A stretch of 64,000 bases of DNA from the NCBI GenBank assembly GCA_018969905.1, contig JAGWXK010000001.1, positions 4,587 through 68,586 on the forward strand, read 5' to 3'. Numbering within the stretch: position 1 is the stretch's first letter; each line of letters begins with the position of its first letter. Both the position numbers and the translations under genes were made by a program. This DNA is from Bdellovibrionales bacterium (GTDB lineage: Bacteria; Bdellovibrionota; UBA1018; CAIMNF01). Below the pieces are notes generated by a model. That model did not search any database, was not told the origin of the DNA, and was given only the letters and a program-made list of their open reading frames with translations. Positions 27,231 to 37,165 of the stretch are shown here, one piece after another.

Positions 27231-27929
27231 ATGATTCCACCAAAAGAAATTCAAAAAAACATTCAGCAAAAGAAGTACCACATCGCTGAAGATCAGCTGA
27301 AGAAGGGCCTCACACTTGAGCCAGACAACGCCGACTTTTACTATCTCCGCGGGTTGCTGCGCTCCTATCAAGGGCGCCTGGTTGACTCGATTGAGGATTT
27401 GAAGCGAGCTCTTTTCATAGAGCCTAAACATACCGATTCCGCAGTTTGCCTGAGCATCATTCTGAATGACATCGGCAGATATGATGAGGCGAAAAAGGTT
27501 TTCGAGCAGGCAAACCAAAGTGTGTTTCTGAAACAACTCGGAGATGACCAACAGATCGATCGACGTTTTGCAGTCAAACATTTTGAAATGGGTGATCTTT
27601 ACTTCCGTTATCGCCGATTCGACGAGGCGATTGAGGAATACAATAAGGCCATAATGCTTGACCCTGGATCGATCGATATGCGCGTGAAGAGAGCCAAAGC
27701 TTTCGCTAAAAAAGGCTTTATTACTCGTGCCATTCAGGATTTACAGCAATTAAAATTGGAACGTCCCACTGATCTTGCTGTGCGCGTGCAACTAGGCCTT
27801 CTTCACTACAGTCAGGGCAACGTACTCGATGCGGAGCTTGAATGGGAATCCGTTTTGGAGCTTGACCCTGTCCACCGTGAAGCTATCGCTTACCTGGAGC
27901 TGATCAAATCAGCTCGACCCTCGTCGTAA
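27231..27929 (+). CDS. tetratricopeptide repeat protein
   Basis: Multiple TPR motifs (ADFYYLRGLLRSYQGRLVDSIEDLKRAL, etc.). Confidence 0.7.
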   Translation: MIPPKEIQKNIQQKKYHIAEDQLKKGLTLEPDNADFYYLRGLLRSYQGRLVDSIEDLKRALFIEPKHTDSAVCLSIILNDIGRYDEAKKVFEQANQSVFLKQLGDDQQIDRRFAVKHFEMGDLYFRYRRFDEAIEEYNKAIMLDPGSIDMRVKRAKAFAKKGFITRAIQDLQQLKLERPTDLAVRVQLGLLHYSQGNVLDAELEWESVLELDPVHREAIAYLELIKSARPSS

Positions 27930-28443
27930 GCGGAAGCGTTCCAACAGAAACCACAGAGCGATCATTGCTTTTAACAACTTCGCTGGATGCACTTCTGACC
28001 GAAAGGATCTGGGCGCGAAGTTCCTTGAACATTGGGTGCTTTATTGGCTGATCATTCTCTTGAAGAACCACCTGCTTGGCGACTCGATCACGGACGTTGA
28101 TCACCAAAGGTGCCTTCAGATTTGCGGTCATTTCTGGAAGTTGATTCGGAATGGTGAGGATGGTGAAGACACTCGCCTCTTGGATCGAGGAAAGCCTGAG
28201 CTCACGAAGCTCTGCGGCCGAAAGCCTGACAATGTAGTTGGATTTGAAGATTCTCGGTTCAAGGACCGGAAATGCAAGACGAGGATTGGAGAGGGACTGA
28301 AGCCAGAGAATCAAGGTTTCATCCCCTGGATCAACCAAGCAAAAATTCTGATCATCCGGAAAACCAAGTATTCCGCTCGGGATCGAAATGATCTCGTCTG
28401 TGGAAACCTCTATTTGGCCAAAACGTCCTGTTTGTACGACCAC
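27904..28443 (-). CDS. fliW: flagellar assembly factor FliW
   Basis: FGQIEVSTDEIISIPSGILGFPD is the canonical FliW N-terminus; GTG start with GGAGG RBS. Confidence 0.82.
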   Translation of the reverse strand: MVVQTGRFGQIEVSTDEIISIPSGILGFPDDQNFCLVDPGDETLILWLQSLSNPRLAFPVLEPRIFKSNYIVRLSAAELRELRLSSIQEASVFTILTIPNQLPEMTANLKAPLVINVRDRVAKQVVLQENDQPIKHPMFKELRAQILSVRSASSEVVKSNDRSVVSVGTLPLTTRVELI

Positions 28444-28572
28444 AACAACCTCCAGGAATGAAATCCACTCCCGAAACTAGGATAATCCGAGTTTTGTTAT
28501 GCGAGCAAGGAACTTTCTTACCTAGACGGGCAAAATGACAAATTTATGACATCGAGAATGACGCGATGGGTC

Positions 28573-28797
28573 TTAATCTTCAAATGCCTTTGTGACATCT
28601 TCAAGATTACCGGTAGCGTTTCCCGCCACCTTATTCTGATCCTGGATCTGGGAATAAACCTCTTCCCTGTGAATTTTTGTTTCTTTAGGTGCCTGAATTC
28701 CCAGGCGGACCTGCTTGCCTTTGATTTGAACGACAGTGATCTTGATGTGATCATCAATCGCAATACTTTCACCCAATTTTCGGGTCAGCACTAACAT
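28573..28797 (-). CDS. csrA: carbon storage regulator CsrA
   Basis: MLVLTRKLGESIAIDDHIKITVVQIKGKQVRLGIQAPKETKIHREEVY. Confidence 0.92.
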   Translation of the reverse strand: MLVLTRKLGESIAIDDHIKITVVQIKGKQVRLGIQAPKETKIHREEVYSQIQDQNKVAGNATGNLEDVTKAFED

Positions 28798-28880
28798 GAA
28801 CAACCTCCATGTACTGAACAACGAAGTAATCCGTTACCCAAGGGGTTTGTTAGCGTATTCAGGTCAGATTCACAAGGGAA

Positions 28881-29852
28881 TTATCTCAGAAAGTCCAAAA
28901 GTGTCGGTTGAATCAGGTGTTTTGAGCTGGCAAGACTGCTTTTGAAAACGGTCTCTTCCTTGGCGAGATCACTCACAACCTGGGTCATGTCGGCATCTTC
29001 AATGGAAGAGGTTAACTGAGCATTGGTCACATTGTGCCGGTCAAGGGCGGTCATGTTTCCTTCGATGCTCTGGATTCTTGCTCCAATCTTGGCCCTCGTT
29101 GAAATCACCTTGCCCAAAAGATCATCGAAAGAATCCAAAGTCCCCCGAATGGTTTCAATGTCCCCGGTGAGCAGGCCAGTTCGAAGCGCCTTGAGCTGCT
29201 GAAAAAGATTCACATTTTGGGGACCAGCAGGAACAGTGGCAAGGCGACGGTCCGCTTGTTCTTCGGACCCCGACTTGAGTCGATGCTTGTCTGTCGATCC
29301 ATCCGGATGAGTGTTGAAGACCTCGTATCCCGGTACGTTTGCTCCAATGAACACCTCACGCCCCACTTCGATCATGATCTCCCCGTCATCCCCACGATAA
29401 TTTCCATCGCCATCAACAGGGGCGGTGGTGCTCTTGAAACCGCCGAAGATATATCGATCTCCGATCCTTCTATTTCCAGTGGCTACTGCACGTTGAAAAA
29501 GCTGACTCACTTCCTCACTCACTCCGAGTCGAGATTCAGGAGTGGAGCTCGCATTACTGGACTGGTTAATGGCAATCTCTTTGGCGCGCATGACGATCTC
29601 GCTAATCTCATCCAATGCATGATCCGTGTTATCCAAGAAAGCTTGAGCGAGTTTTGCGTTCACCTGAAATTGTTCGTTATTCACTTTGTCCGTCCTCACT
29701 TCCAGAACTTTGGCCGCACCCACGGGATCGTCAGAAGGGCGGTTCAGCTTCTTCAGGGTCGCAGACTCCATCTGAAGATTCTCCATCCGTCCTCTCGAGC
29801 GGCTGATACTGTCCCGTACGACTCCGTAATTCGTGTTATCGGTTACCCTCAT
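28881..29852 (-). CDS. flgL: flagellar hook-associated protein 3 FlgL
   Basis: Flagellin-like N helix (MRVTDNTNYGVVRDSISRSRGRMENLQ) and C helix; follows flgK. Confidence 0.82.
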   Translation of the reverse strand: MRVTDNTNYGVVRDSISRSRGRMENLQMESATLKKLNRPSDDPVGAAKVLEVRTDKVNNEQFQVNAKLAQAFLDNTDHALDEISEIVMRAKEIAINQSSNASSTPESRLGVSEEVSQLFQRAVATGNRRIGDRYIFGGFKSTTAPVDGDGNYRGDDGEIMIEVGREVFIGANVPGYEVFNTHPDGSTDKHRLKSGSEEQADRRLATVPAGPQNVNLFQQLKALRTGLLTGDIETIRGTLDSFDDLLGKVISTRAKIGARIQSIEGNMTALDRHNVTNAQLTSSIEDADMTQVVSDLAKEETVFKSSLASSKHLIQPTLLDFLR

Positions 29853-29858
29853 CTATCC

Positions 29859-31292
29859 TCAACCCCTCAGCTTCAAAACCGTATCCATCATCTCATCAGC
29901 AACCCTAATCACGCGGGCTGACGCATCGAAGGCGTGCTGAAACTGCATAAGATTGGTCGTCTCTTCATCAATCGAAACTCCCGAGACCTGATCACGCACC
30001 CGATTGAGTTGAGTAATGATGCTTTGCTGTTGCCCAAGTGCCTCTTTGTTCCGGGAACTCGCAACTCCCACCTCGGATACGATGGAGTTGTAAAAGTCAT
30101 CCACGGTGGAGTGCCCCCCGTTCATGAGATGGTGATTTTGAAGGTTTGCGATCGCAAGCGCATTTCGATTGTCACTTGGGGCATTCGCTTGAAGAGCCAC
30201 CGCAATATTGTTTACATTGCCAAGGATCTCACCGGAGAGAGCCAGTCGGTCTGCAGCCCCTAGAACCTGATTGGGTGTTTCAAAAAATCGTACTCCGGTC
30301 TTTCCGTCCAAAGTGAAGCCTTTTTCATGGAGCTCATTCACGGACCTGGAAATTGCATATGCAAGTTCGTCGAGCCTCCCCAAAACCTGGTTCACAGCTC
30401 GATCGCGAGTCTCGATTTGAGCACCTATTCTGCCACCCTTAAAGTGGTCGGTAATGAAATTCTTGCTTTGCGAGCTCCTTGAAATCTGAAGCGAATTCTC
30501 GACCGAACCACTTGTGGAATCCGCTCCGTGGCGCGCAAGAGAGTAGTCCGAAGTCACAACCCCGGTCACCAACGGGCCAACCCCCTTGATATCCACATTG
30601 AGGTTTCCTTGATTGTCTTTGTGAGCGGTGATGTCGACAAGGGAGTTCATCTTCTTCACTACAAGATCTCGCCGATCGCGCAGATCATTGGCGGCATCGG
30701 TACCCTGAACCTCCGCCTGAACGATTTTTCGATTCAATTCCGCAAGTTCACCCGCAAGGGTATTCAGCTCCCGGACGCTTCCTTCGATACGATTGTCGAT
30801 GTGGCTGCGAATGCTCTCAACCTCGCCGCGGAGTCGTTTGAAGTCCCGAATCATTGCCTGAGAAGATTCTCGTACGGACTGACGAATCGCTTCAGATGTC
30901 GGTTCATTGGAGAGCTTTCTAAAGTCGTTATGAAATCTTGCAATGAGACGGTTCAAGCCATCGCCGTTCATCTCATTGAAAACATCCTCCACCTGGTTCA
31001 AAAAGACCTGTTTTTCTTCATGAAATGCGGTATCCCGCGAGCCCTCTCGCAGCTGTTTTTCGAGGTACTCATCATTGATTCGCTCAACCCGTGCAATGCG
31101 GGAACCCTCACCGACGAAGTGTCCACCACTCTGGCCTGCAGCTTGCTTTGCTACGGCAGCCTCAGATTGCACCCTTTGCCTGGAAAAGCCTTCACTGCTT
31201 GCATTCGCAATGTTATGCCCCGATGTCGCAATGCCAGCCTTGGCGGTGCTCATCCCGGATTTTCCGGTTTGCAGGACATTCAACAGTGCCAT
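29859..31292 (-). CDS. flgK: flagellar hook-associated protein 1 FlgK
   Basis: N-terminus MALLNVLQTGKSGMSTAKAGIATSGHNIANASSEGFSRQ, conserved C-terminal helix. Confidence 0.9.
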   Translation of the reverse strand: MALLNVLQTGKSGMSTAKAGIATSGHNIANASSEGFSRQRVQSEAAVAKQAAGQSGGHFVGEGSRIARVERINDEYLEKQLREGSRDTAFHEEKQVFLNQVEDVFNEMNGDGLNRLIARFHNDFRKLSNEPTSEAIRQSVRESSQAMIRDFKRLRGEVESIRSHIDNRIEGSVRELNTLAGELAELNRKIVQAEVQGTDAANDLRDRRDLVVKKMNSLVDITAHKDNQGNLNVDIKGVGPLVTGVVTSDYSLARHGADSTSGSVENSLQISRSSQSKNFITDHFKGGRIGAQIETRDRAVNQVLGRLDELAYAISRSVNELHEKGFTLDGKTGVRFFETPNQVLGAADRLALSGEILGNVNNIAVALQANAPSDNRNALAIANLQNHHLMNGGHSTVDDFYNSIVSEVGVASSRNKEALGQQQSIITQLNRVRDQVSGVSIDEETTNLMQFQHAFDASARVIRVADEMMDTVLKLRG

Positions 31293-31294
31293 CC

Positions 31295-31858
31295 CTATAC
31301 CTCTTTCGAAATCAATCGCGGGCCATGGGGATTTCCCGCGGCCTGGTTCTTTTGCCCCAGCTGGTTGTAGGTTTTTCCTTGGTGTGTGGTTTCACCGAAG
31401 ATATTCCCCTTCATGTTGTTGATGTGCTTTAATGACTGGCTGATCAGACTACCGTTGACCTGATTCTGTTTTTTAACCCTCTCGACAAGAATCACCAAAG
31501 CATTCAAGTCGGCTTGTAGCCTGGATGCAAGCTCCGGGCTCTTCACCTGGTAGTGAATGATCAATTCCTTGAGGGTCGGATTCGATTCGTCTGGTAAAGA
31601 CTCGAAACTCTTTAACTCCAGGCTAAGGGCCTGACGCTCCAACTCCGCCTGATGGATCCAATGGAGCAATGCCTCCTTGTTGGCAACAGCCTCATAGGTC
31701 GCTTTCGTATCGGCCTGGGTAATCGCCTCGTGTTCATGCTTCACGATTTCATAAAGCTGCCGATGCAGTCCAATGAGGCCCTGCAAACTTTCGTGCAGTC
31801 TGTTTCCCGGACTGTTTTTTTGATCCTGTTCTTTTTCCATGATCGTCCTCACCCGCAT
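31295..31858 (-). CDS. flgN: FlgN-like flagellar export chaperone (tentative)
   Basis: Helical protein with no motif; its position between flgM and flgK is the classic flgN slot. Confidence 0.45.
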   Translation of the reverse strand: MRVRTIMEKEQDQKNSPGNRLHESLQGLIGLHRQLYEIVKHEHEAITQADTKATYEAVANKEALLHWIHQAELERQALSLELKSFESLPDESNPTLKELIIHYQVKSPELASRLQADLNALVILVERVKKQNQVNGSLISQSLKHINNMKGNIFGETTHQGKTYNQLGQKNQAAGNPHGPRLISKEV

Positions 31859-31886
31859 CCTGCTCGGAGGTTGAAGTTAACTGCTC

Positions 31887-32213
31887 TCAGGCTCCTGCCA
31901 TTCGCAAATGGTCATCCACCAGTCGGTCTGCGATCGCGTCGGCGCTGACATTGTAGGTCTTATTTTGAATTTTTTCCCGAAGTTCAGCGATCTTTGCTTC
32001 CCGCAAATCAGGGGCCTCTCCGGCCACCTGCTTGGCCTTGGCCATATCACGAGCTTTGACAGAAATGTCAGCATTCACCGAATCTGTTCGGACCGGAGCC
32101 GACACGCTTCCTGCCCTGCCCTCCTGGGACTGCGGCTTTGTTTTTTCAGTTTTTTTGGTGGCTTGGGCTTCGGAACCCTGGACTGGGGAACTATTCGCTG
32201 GATTGATCCTCAT
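31887..32213 (-). CDS. flgM: anti-sigma-28 factor FlgM
   Basis: C-terminal FlgM motif AKIAELREKIQNKTYNVSADAIADRLV; start set at MRINP (GGAGG RBS), which removes the Arg-rich upstream extension. Confidence 0.7.
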   Translation of the reverse strand: MRINPANSSPVQGSEAQATKKTEKTKPQSQEGRAGSVSAPVRTDSVNADISVKARDMAKAKQVAGEAPDLREAKIAELREKIQNKTYNVSADAIADRLVDDHLRMAGA

Positions 32214-32565
32214 GTGTACCTCCTGTACGCACCGGGCCCGCGTCCGGGCCCGTGTTCTCATTGTACTTTGGATCCGGCATCGAGCGCAACCAATAATCAA
32301 TGATCTGCCCGGAAAGACCAATTGCATTTTGCCTCGCGGAGGACTCCGCATATTCCTGGTCAAGCATTCCCTCGTAAATCTCGCTACCGGGATTTCGCAA
32401 AGAAAACTCGGACTTCTGAACAGTTCCTCTCATGGCCTTCATCATTTCCGAGGTGAAGATAGCCTCTAGGCCACGTGCGGCCTCTCGCATCTCAGCGGTG
32501 ATCCTTGGATCGTCAGAATTTTGCTGTTGAATGGCGGGTCTGGGAATAACCGGAGGGAGCTTCAT
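32191..32565 (-). CDS. flgJ: flagellar rod-binding protein (FlgJ N-terminal domain only, no muramidase domain)
   Basis: LEAIFTSEMMKAMRGT is the FlgJ_N rod-binding motif; GGAGGGGG RBS. Confidence 0.62.
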   Translation of the reverse strand: MKLPPVIPRPAIQQQNSDDPRITAEMREAARGLEAIFTSEMMKAMRGTVQKSEFSLRNPGSEIYEGMLDQEYAESSARQNAIGLSGQIIDYWLRSMPDPKYNENTGPDAGPVRTGGTHEDQSSE

Positions 32566-32765
32566 TTCAAGCCCCCTCCGGTTTCGAGCGCAAACAGATC
32601 TGAACGGGAACCTCTTGTTCCGGCGTAGGTTTGATGAATTGAAAAGAATTGAACGGACCCACCATCCTAGCAGATCGTTGCTTCATTTCTGTTTCCTGGA
32701 TCATCGTACCTTTTTTCATCCTTCCGTGGATCTCCGCCTGTTCTTCCTCCGTCTGCACAAGACCT

Positions 32766-33854
32766 TTAAATGAATTCAAGCTCCGCCTGCAAGGCGCCCG
32801 TCGCCTTGATGGTTTGAAAAATTGCGGTCATATCCCTCGGTGCCACACCAAGAGCATTCAGTAGTTTGACAAGATCTGCGACCGTGGCATTTGCATTGAT
32901 CAGGCCTCGATCCGCGTCGGCTCGTGCTCCCGGCCTGAATTCCATAAGTCGCTCGGGCTTGGACTGACCCTTAACTTGAATCGACAGGTCTCCATGCGAG
33001 ATTGCAACCGGGGCAATACTAACCCGATCGCCCATGACCACGGTTCCCGTTCGTTCATTCAATACCACTTTTGCCTTGGAATCTGTAACTACCCGTATGT
33101 TCTCAATACGCGCCATCAAATCCACCGTGTTTCCGTCATAATTGAAAGGAACAACAATATCTACAGTCGCACTGTCCCTCGCAGTTGCAAACTTTCCACC
33201 CAGCTCCGAATTGACCAAGGCGACCGCCCGAGCTGCCGTGGTGAAGTCGGGATTGTTCAAGGACAAACGAAAGCTCTTCTTGCCCGCAAAGTTCGTATCG
33301 ACGTCTTTTTCAACGGATGCTCCCGAAACGATTCGTCCGACTGTCGGGAATGCCGCCTTTCCATCGGTAAGTGTCCCCAACGTTACCTGTCCTTGAGCAA
33401 CTGCATAGACTTGCTGGTCCCCTGCGCGGAGAGGTGTCACGAGGAGAGTTCCTCCCTCCAGTGATGCAGCATCACCTATGGACGAAACCGTAACATCGAT
33501 CTGTGTTCCAGATCTTGAGAATGCGGGCAACTTTGCAGTCACAATCACTGCTGCCGCATTCTTTGATTTGACCGCCGCATTTTTCTCAACGTCGAGACCC
33601 AGTTTTCCGAAAAGCCGTCCAAGAGACTTGGCGGTGACATCTGTACTGGAGTCTCCGGTACCCTTCAAACCAACAACAATGCCGTATCCAATCAGGATGT
33701 TTTCCCGCACTCCCTTTATGGACGCAATATCCTTCAGCCTTGCCCCTACGGTGGTCGATGCCTGCGATTCACTCGCGAAGACACCCCCAAAAAAGAGGAT
33801 GAATAACCAGAGGATCATGATGAATTTACCTTCCAACGCGAATTTTATACTCAT
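32766..33854 (-). CDS. flgI: flagellar P-ring protein FlgI
   Basis: Signal peptide then RLKDIASIKGVRENILIGYGIVVGLKGTGD. Confidence 0.9.
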   Translation of the reverse strand: MSIKFALEGKFIMILWLFILFFGGVFASESQASTTVGARLKDIASIKGVRENILIGYGIVVGLKGTGDSSTDVTAKSLGRLFGKLGLDVEKNAAVKSKNAAAVIVTAKLPAFSRSGTQIDVTVSSIGDAASLEGGTLLVTPLRAGDQQVYAVAQGQVTLGTLTDGKAAFPTVGRIVSGASVEKDVDTNFAGKKSFRLSLNNPDFTTAARAVALVNSELGGKFATARDSATVDIVVPFNYDGNTVDLMARIENIRVVTDSKAKVVLNERTGTVVMGDRVSIAPVAISHGDLSIQVKGQSKPERLMEFRPGARADADRGLINANATVADLVKLLNALGVAPRDMTAIFQTIKATGALQAELEFI

Positions 33855-34719
33855 AGAGTTTCCCCGAGCTAATTAAGTCTTTTTCATCGAAGTCCGCAAC
33901 GGGAGCGACTGCAACCAGTGCGATGGACTTGGAAGCACCTCGATAAAGAACCCTCTTTACGGCACGAATTTTGAAGTTTCCATTCTGATAGCGATCCACA
34001 ATTTCCGCCCGTAGCTCCTCCGACGGTGATAGTCCTATTGCTTTACTCAGATCGACCTGGGACCACCTTACCGCCCGCTCCATTCTAAGTTTCACCTCTT
34101 CGGCCTCGGTGGACCGCAAATCCTCGGACGCAACGTTCCTGTACGCCTTTAGATCCTCATCATTCCGTGCACCCTCCGTGTTTTTCAGGTAGAGGGCCAT
34201 TTCAACTTCCTGCTCAGCGGGTGTAAGACTTTTTTTCACCTCCTCGGCAATCTGACGAATGAAGTTATCATCAATCTTTACAGAGACGATGTCTCCGATC
34301 GCATGGACTTTGCCCTTAGTGAAAAAATAGTTCCCATCGTTTTCATTTGCCCAAAGGGAGCCGTCACTCGGGGCGTTGTCATAAAAATCAGCACGTGTGG
34401 CCCTGTCTCCCCGAATGAACTTCGAGGGTGCGACACCTCTTCCTGCTTCGATTCTCCCCTTTACCGTCTCTTCCGCGGGATCCAGGATTGATTCCTCCCG
34501 CGCCGGACTCTCGCGGTTGGAATTCAAGGCCGGACTTCTTGATTGCCTTGACTCACCCGTAGAAGTCCCCCACCCGCCGCGGCGATTTTCACTCGAAGGA
34601 TTTGAGTCACCATAGGTGAGCGCATTATAGTCAATGGCCTTCTCCGCCTTGAAGGGATTAAGGCTCGCACAACCAGCCAGAAAAAGGGTACCAAACAGTG
34701 CTCCACTCCGGATTTTCAA
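33826..34719 (-). CDS. flgH: flagellar L-ring lipoprotein FlgH
   Basis: Lipobox LAGC; GSLWANENDGNYFFTKGKVHAIGDIVSVKIDDN matches the FlgH core. Confidence 0.78.
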   Translation of the reverse strand: MKIRSGALFGTLFLAGCASLNPFKAEKAIDYNALTYGDSNPSSENRRGGWGTSTGESRQSRSPALNSNRESPAREESILDPAEETVKGRIEAGRGVAPSKFIRGDRATRADFYDNAPSDGSLWANENDGNYFFTKGKVHAIGDIVSVKIDDNFIRQIAEEVKKSLTPAEQEVEMALYLKNTEGARNDEDLKAYRNVASEDLRSTEAEEVKLRMERAVRWSQVDLSKAIGLSPSEELRAEIVDRYQNGNFKIRAVKRVLYRGASKSIALVAVAPVADFDEKDLISSGKLYEYKIRVGR

Positions 34720-35465
34720 AGCCTCACCTCCACTGAATGATCATCGCGGATTGTCCCGACAACCTCTTTTTTCGACTTATTGGTGAGAACACGGATTCGA
34801 TCTCCGACTGAACCAGACTCACTGGCAACCGCCTGGGTGCTCAGCGTGAGGTCGCCGGATGTGAGATCAAGGCGAACCATATCTCCCTTCCTGAGCTCTG
34901 GCTGCTTTTCGATTGATGATGTCGTCACAAACTGATTTTCAAGTATGGATTGACGGCTTTGGAAGCCACTCATGACAGTATCGGGCGCAACCATGACTCC
35001 GCGATACTCCCTCGCTGGACCACTGGCAACATTCACCTCCTGCACCTTGAAGTCTTCGTCCTTCAATTTACTGTTGGGATAGATCCTTCGTACGGGGGAA
35101 AGTACTTTTTTCCAGGCCGAATATGGAGTTTGTACAAGATCTGAGCGCTCCGTCCCATCCGCTCCGATCCCGTTGAGCTCGAAGAGCGCCACCCCCTGCG
35201 GTCGGTCTTCCACCAGCCTAACTTTTGAGATTGTAGAATAATCTCGGAGTGGCGGCTCAGAGCAGATTTTCTCAAGCGAGGGTATGCGAATTTCGGCGCC
35301 AGGAATTCTGGTCGTCAATGCATTCTTGAATTTTTCTGTCAGCGCGCTGGTAAGCGATTCGTCTCCGGCCCAAGCATGGGCACAGGCAAAAAGATGCAGG
35401 AAAAGAGTAGAAGCCAATCGGAAAATCAATGTTCCACCCTCCTTGGTGAAGTTATGTTGATTCAA
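34716..35465 (-). CDS. flgA: flagellar P-ring assembly chaperone FlgA
   Basis: Signal peptide; C-terminal SAF-like GDRIRVLTNKSKKEVVGTIRDDHSVEV. Confidence 0.72.
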   Translation of the reverse strand: MNQHNFTKEGGTLIFRLASTLFLHLFACAHAWAGDESLTSALTEKFKNALTTRIPGAEIRIPSLEKICSEPPLRDYSTISKVRLVEDRPQGVALFELNGIGADGTERSDLVQTPYSAWKKVLSPVRRIYPNSKLKDEDFKVQEVNVASGPAREYRGVMVAPDTVMSGFQSRQSILENQFVTTSSIEKQPELRKGDMVRLDLTSGDLTLSTQAVASESGSVGDRIRVLTNKSKKEVVGTIRDDHSVEVRL

Positions 35466-35490
35466 GACCCGTCCTTGAGTCTTTTTTAAA

Positions 35491-36276
35491 TTATCTCACA
35501 ATATTTGTTGTGGCTTCAAGCATTTTGTCCGCGACACCCATGACCCTTGTGTTCATTTCATAGGCCCTTTGTGCACCAATCATTTCAATCATGCTGTTGG
35601 CGACATTGACATTCGAAGATTCGAGCGCCCCCTGAAGCAACGTGCCGGTGCCGCCTTCGCCAGGAACAAGAGTCTGAGCCTGTCCGCTTGCTGACGTTGA
35701 TTTGTAGAAGTTGTTTCCGATCGACATTAGGCCCTGCGGGTTGATGAAATTCGCAAGCTGTATTTGACCAATGTTCTGTTCCCCCTGAGCCGTCACGGCC
35801 TTGACTTCCCCATTCGGAGTTATGACCACACCGGTTGCCTCCGATGGAACAGCGATTGCTGGCTCAAGCAAAGCGCCGTTGCTCAAGCTGATCCTTCCTT
35901 GTGCATCAAGCTTGAAGTTTCCGGTGCGAGTAAATACAACCTCCCCCGTATTCGGCAGGGTGACAGGGAGGAACCCCTTACCTTCGATCATCAGGTCGTA
36001 GGGGTTGCTGGTAAGTTTTACCGAACCCTGTTCAAACAGCTTGTGATTCGACCCGACCTTAACACCCATACCCCGCTGGATTCCAGTAGGTGAAACCGTG
36101 GAGGCGCCCTGGCGCGCACCCGGATCCTTGATGTTCTCGTACATCAAGTCGTGGAATTCCGTGGTTTCCCGCTTGTAGCCATCAGTATTCACATTCGCCA
36201 AATCGTTCGCAATCCGGTCAATGTTCGCCTGTTGCGCTTCCAGCCCTGTTGCGCTCGTGGTAAGTGCTTTAATCAT
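35491..36276 (-). CDS. flgG: flagellar distal rod protein FlgG
   Basis: MIKALTTSATGLEAQQANIDRIANDLANVNTDGYKR ... ALESSNVNVANSMIEMIGAQRAYEMN. Confidence 0.9.
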   Translation of the reverse strand: MIKALTTSATGLEAQQANIDRIANDLANVNTDGYKRETTEFHDLMYENIKDPGARQGASTVSPTGIQRGMGVKVGSNHKLFEQGSVKLTSNPYDLMIEGKGFLPVTLPNTGEVVFTRTGNFKLDAQGRISLSNGALLEPAIAVPSEATGVVITPNGEVKAVTAQGEQNIGQIQLANFINPQGLMSIGNNFYKSTSASGQAQTLVPGEGGTGTLLQGALESSNVNVANSMIEMIGAQRAYEMNTRVMGVADKMLEATTNIVR

Positions 36277-36289
36277 CCTTCAGTTCTCC

Positions 36290-37105
36290 TCACAGTTTTC
36301 CGATATCATTCACTTCACGCTGAAGCATTTCATTTACTGTTTTCATCGCCTTCAGGTCCTGCTCGAACATGCGATTCGCTCGGATCAGATTGCTGATCTC
36401 CTCGACAGGATTCACATTGGATGTCTCCAACATTCCTTGCTTCACAAGAGTTGCAACTCCATTCTGAGGCGGGTTTCCTACCGGATTCTTGTTTTCGAAA
36501 TACAACCCGCCGGTCTTACGGACCGTTTTCAGGTCACCGAATTCGACAACCGAAAGCGGACTCACAAGTGTGTCCCCCGCGTACAGCTCTCCCGCCTCAT
36601 TGATGTGAATCCCGCCCTCCCTTCCGCCCAACTGGATGAATCTTGAAGCAGGGTCAGATCCCGCGTCACCCTTCGCGAGGACCGGATGACCCTCGCTTGT
36701 CACGAGTCTTCCGTCGGGCGACAACTTAAAGGCGCCGGATTTCGTGTACCTTATGCCCGCAGGACTTGCGACCTCAAAAAAGCCAGGACCATTCAAGGCC
36801 AGATCCAGAGGATTGTCTGTAACCTTCATGCCCCCCGACTTAAAACTCGTGTGAGTTCCGTTTACAACAACAAAAGACTGATCCCGCCCTTCAAGAGGGT
36901 AGAGGTCTTTGTCCTTGATCGGAGAACGGGGTATATCCGCCGCAAGATCCCCCTCTTTCTCATTTCGCGAGAGGTATTCCTTGAAGTCGACAGCGTCTTT
37001 TTTGAATCCAATGGTATTTACGTTTGCAAGATTGTTCGAGATGACCTCGACTTGCATGTCCCTGGCAACTGCTCCGGAAACCGCCGGCCATAAGGGTTTC
37101 GACAT
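36290..37105 (-). CDS. flgF: flagellar rod protein FlgF (FlgG paralogue)
   Basis: DMQVEVISNNLANVNTIGFKKD ... LETSNVNPVEEISNLIRANRMFE; start set at MSKPLW with a GAGGAG RBS. Confidence 0.8.
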   Translation of the reverse strand: MSKPLWPAVSGAVARDMQVEVISNNLANVNTIGFKKDAVDFKEYLSRNEKEGDLAADIPRSPIKDKDLYPLEGRDQSFVVVNGTHTSFKSGGMKVTDNPLDLALNGPGFFEVASPAGIRYTKSGAFKLSPDGRLVTSEGHPVLAKGDAGSDPASRFIQLGGREGGIHINEAGELYAGDTLVSPLSVVEFGDLKTVRKTGGLYFENKNPVGNPPQNGVATLVKQGMLETSNVNPVEEISNLIRANRMFEQDLKAMKTVNEMLQREVNDIGKL

Positions 37106-37165
37106 TCTGTCTCCTCTACCCCTTTCTTCCTGAAAGGGAACGCCTCTCTTATTGTAATGGGGAGA

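Noticed and set aside
32471-32484. Second parS-like site (GGCCACGTGCGGCC)
   Set aside because: It shares only the CACGTG core. The TGTT/AACA arms essential for ParB recognition are absent.
32567-32779. 70-aa ORF between flgI and flgJ as a real flagellar gene
   Set aside because: It starts with TTG overlapping the flgI stop, has no RBS and no similarity I can recognise. It is kept only as an observation about the unexplained spacer.
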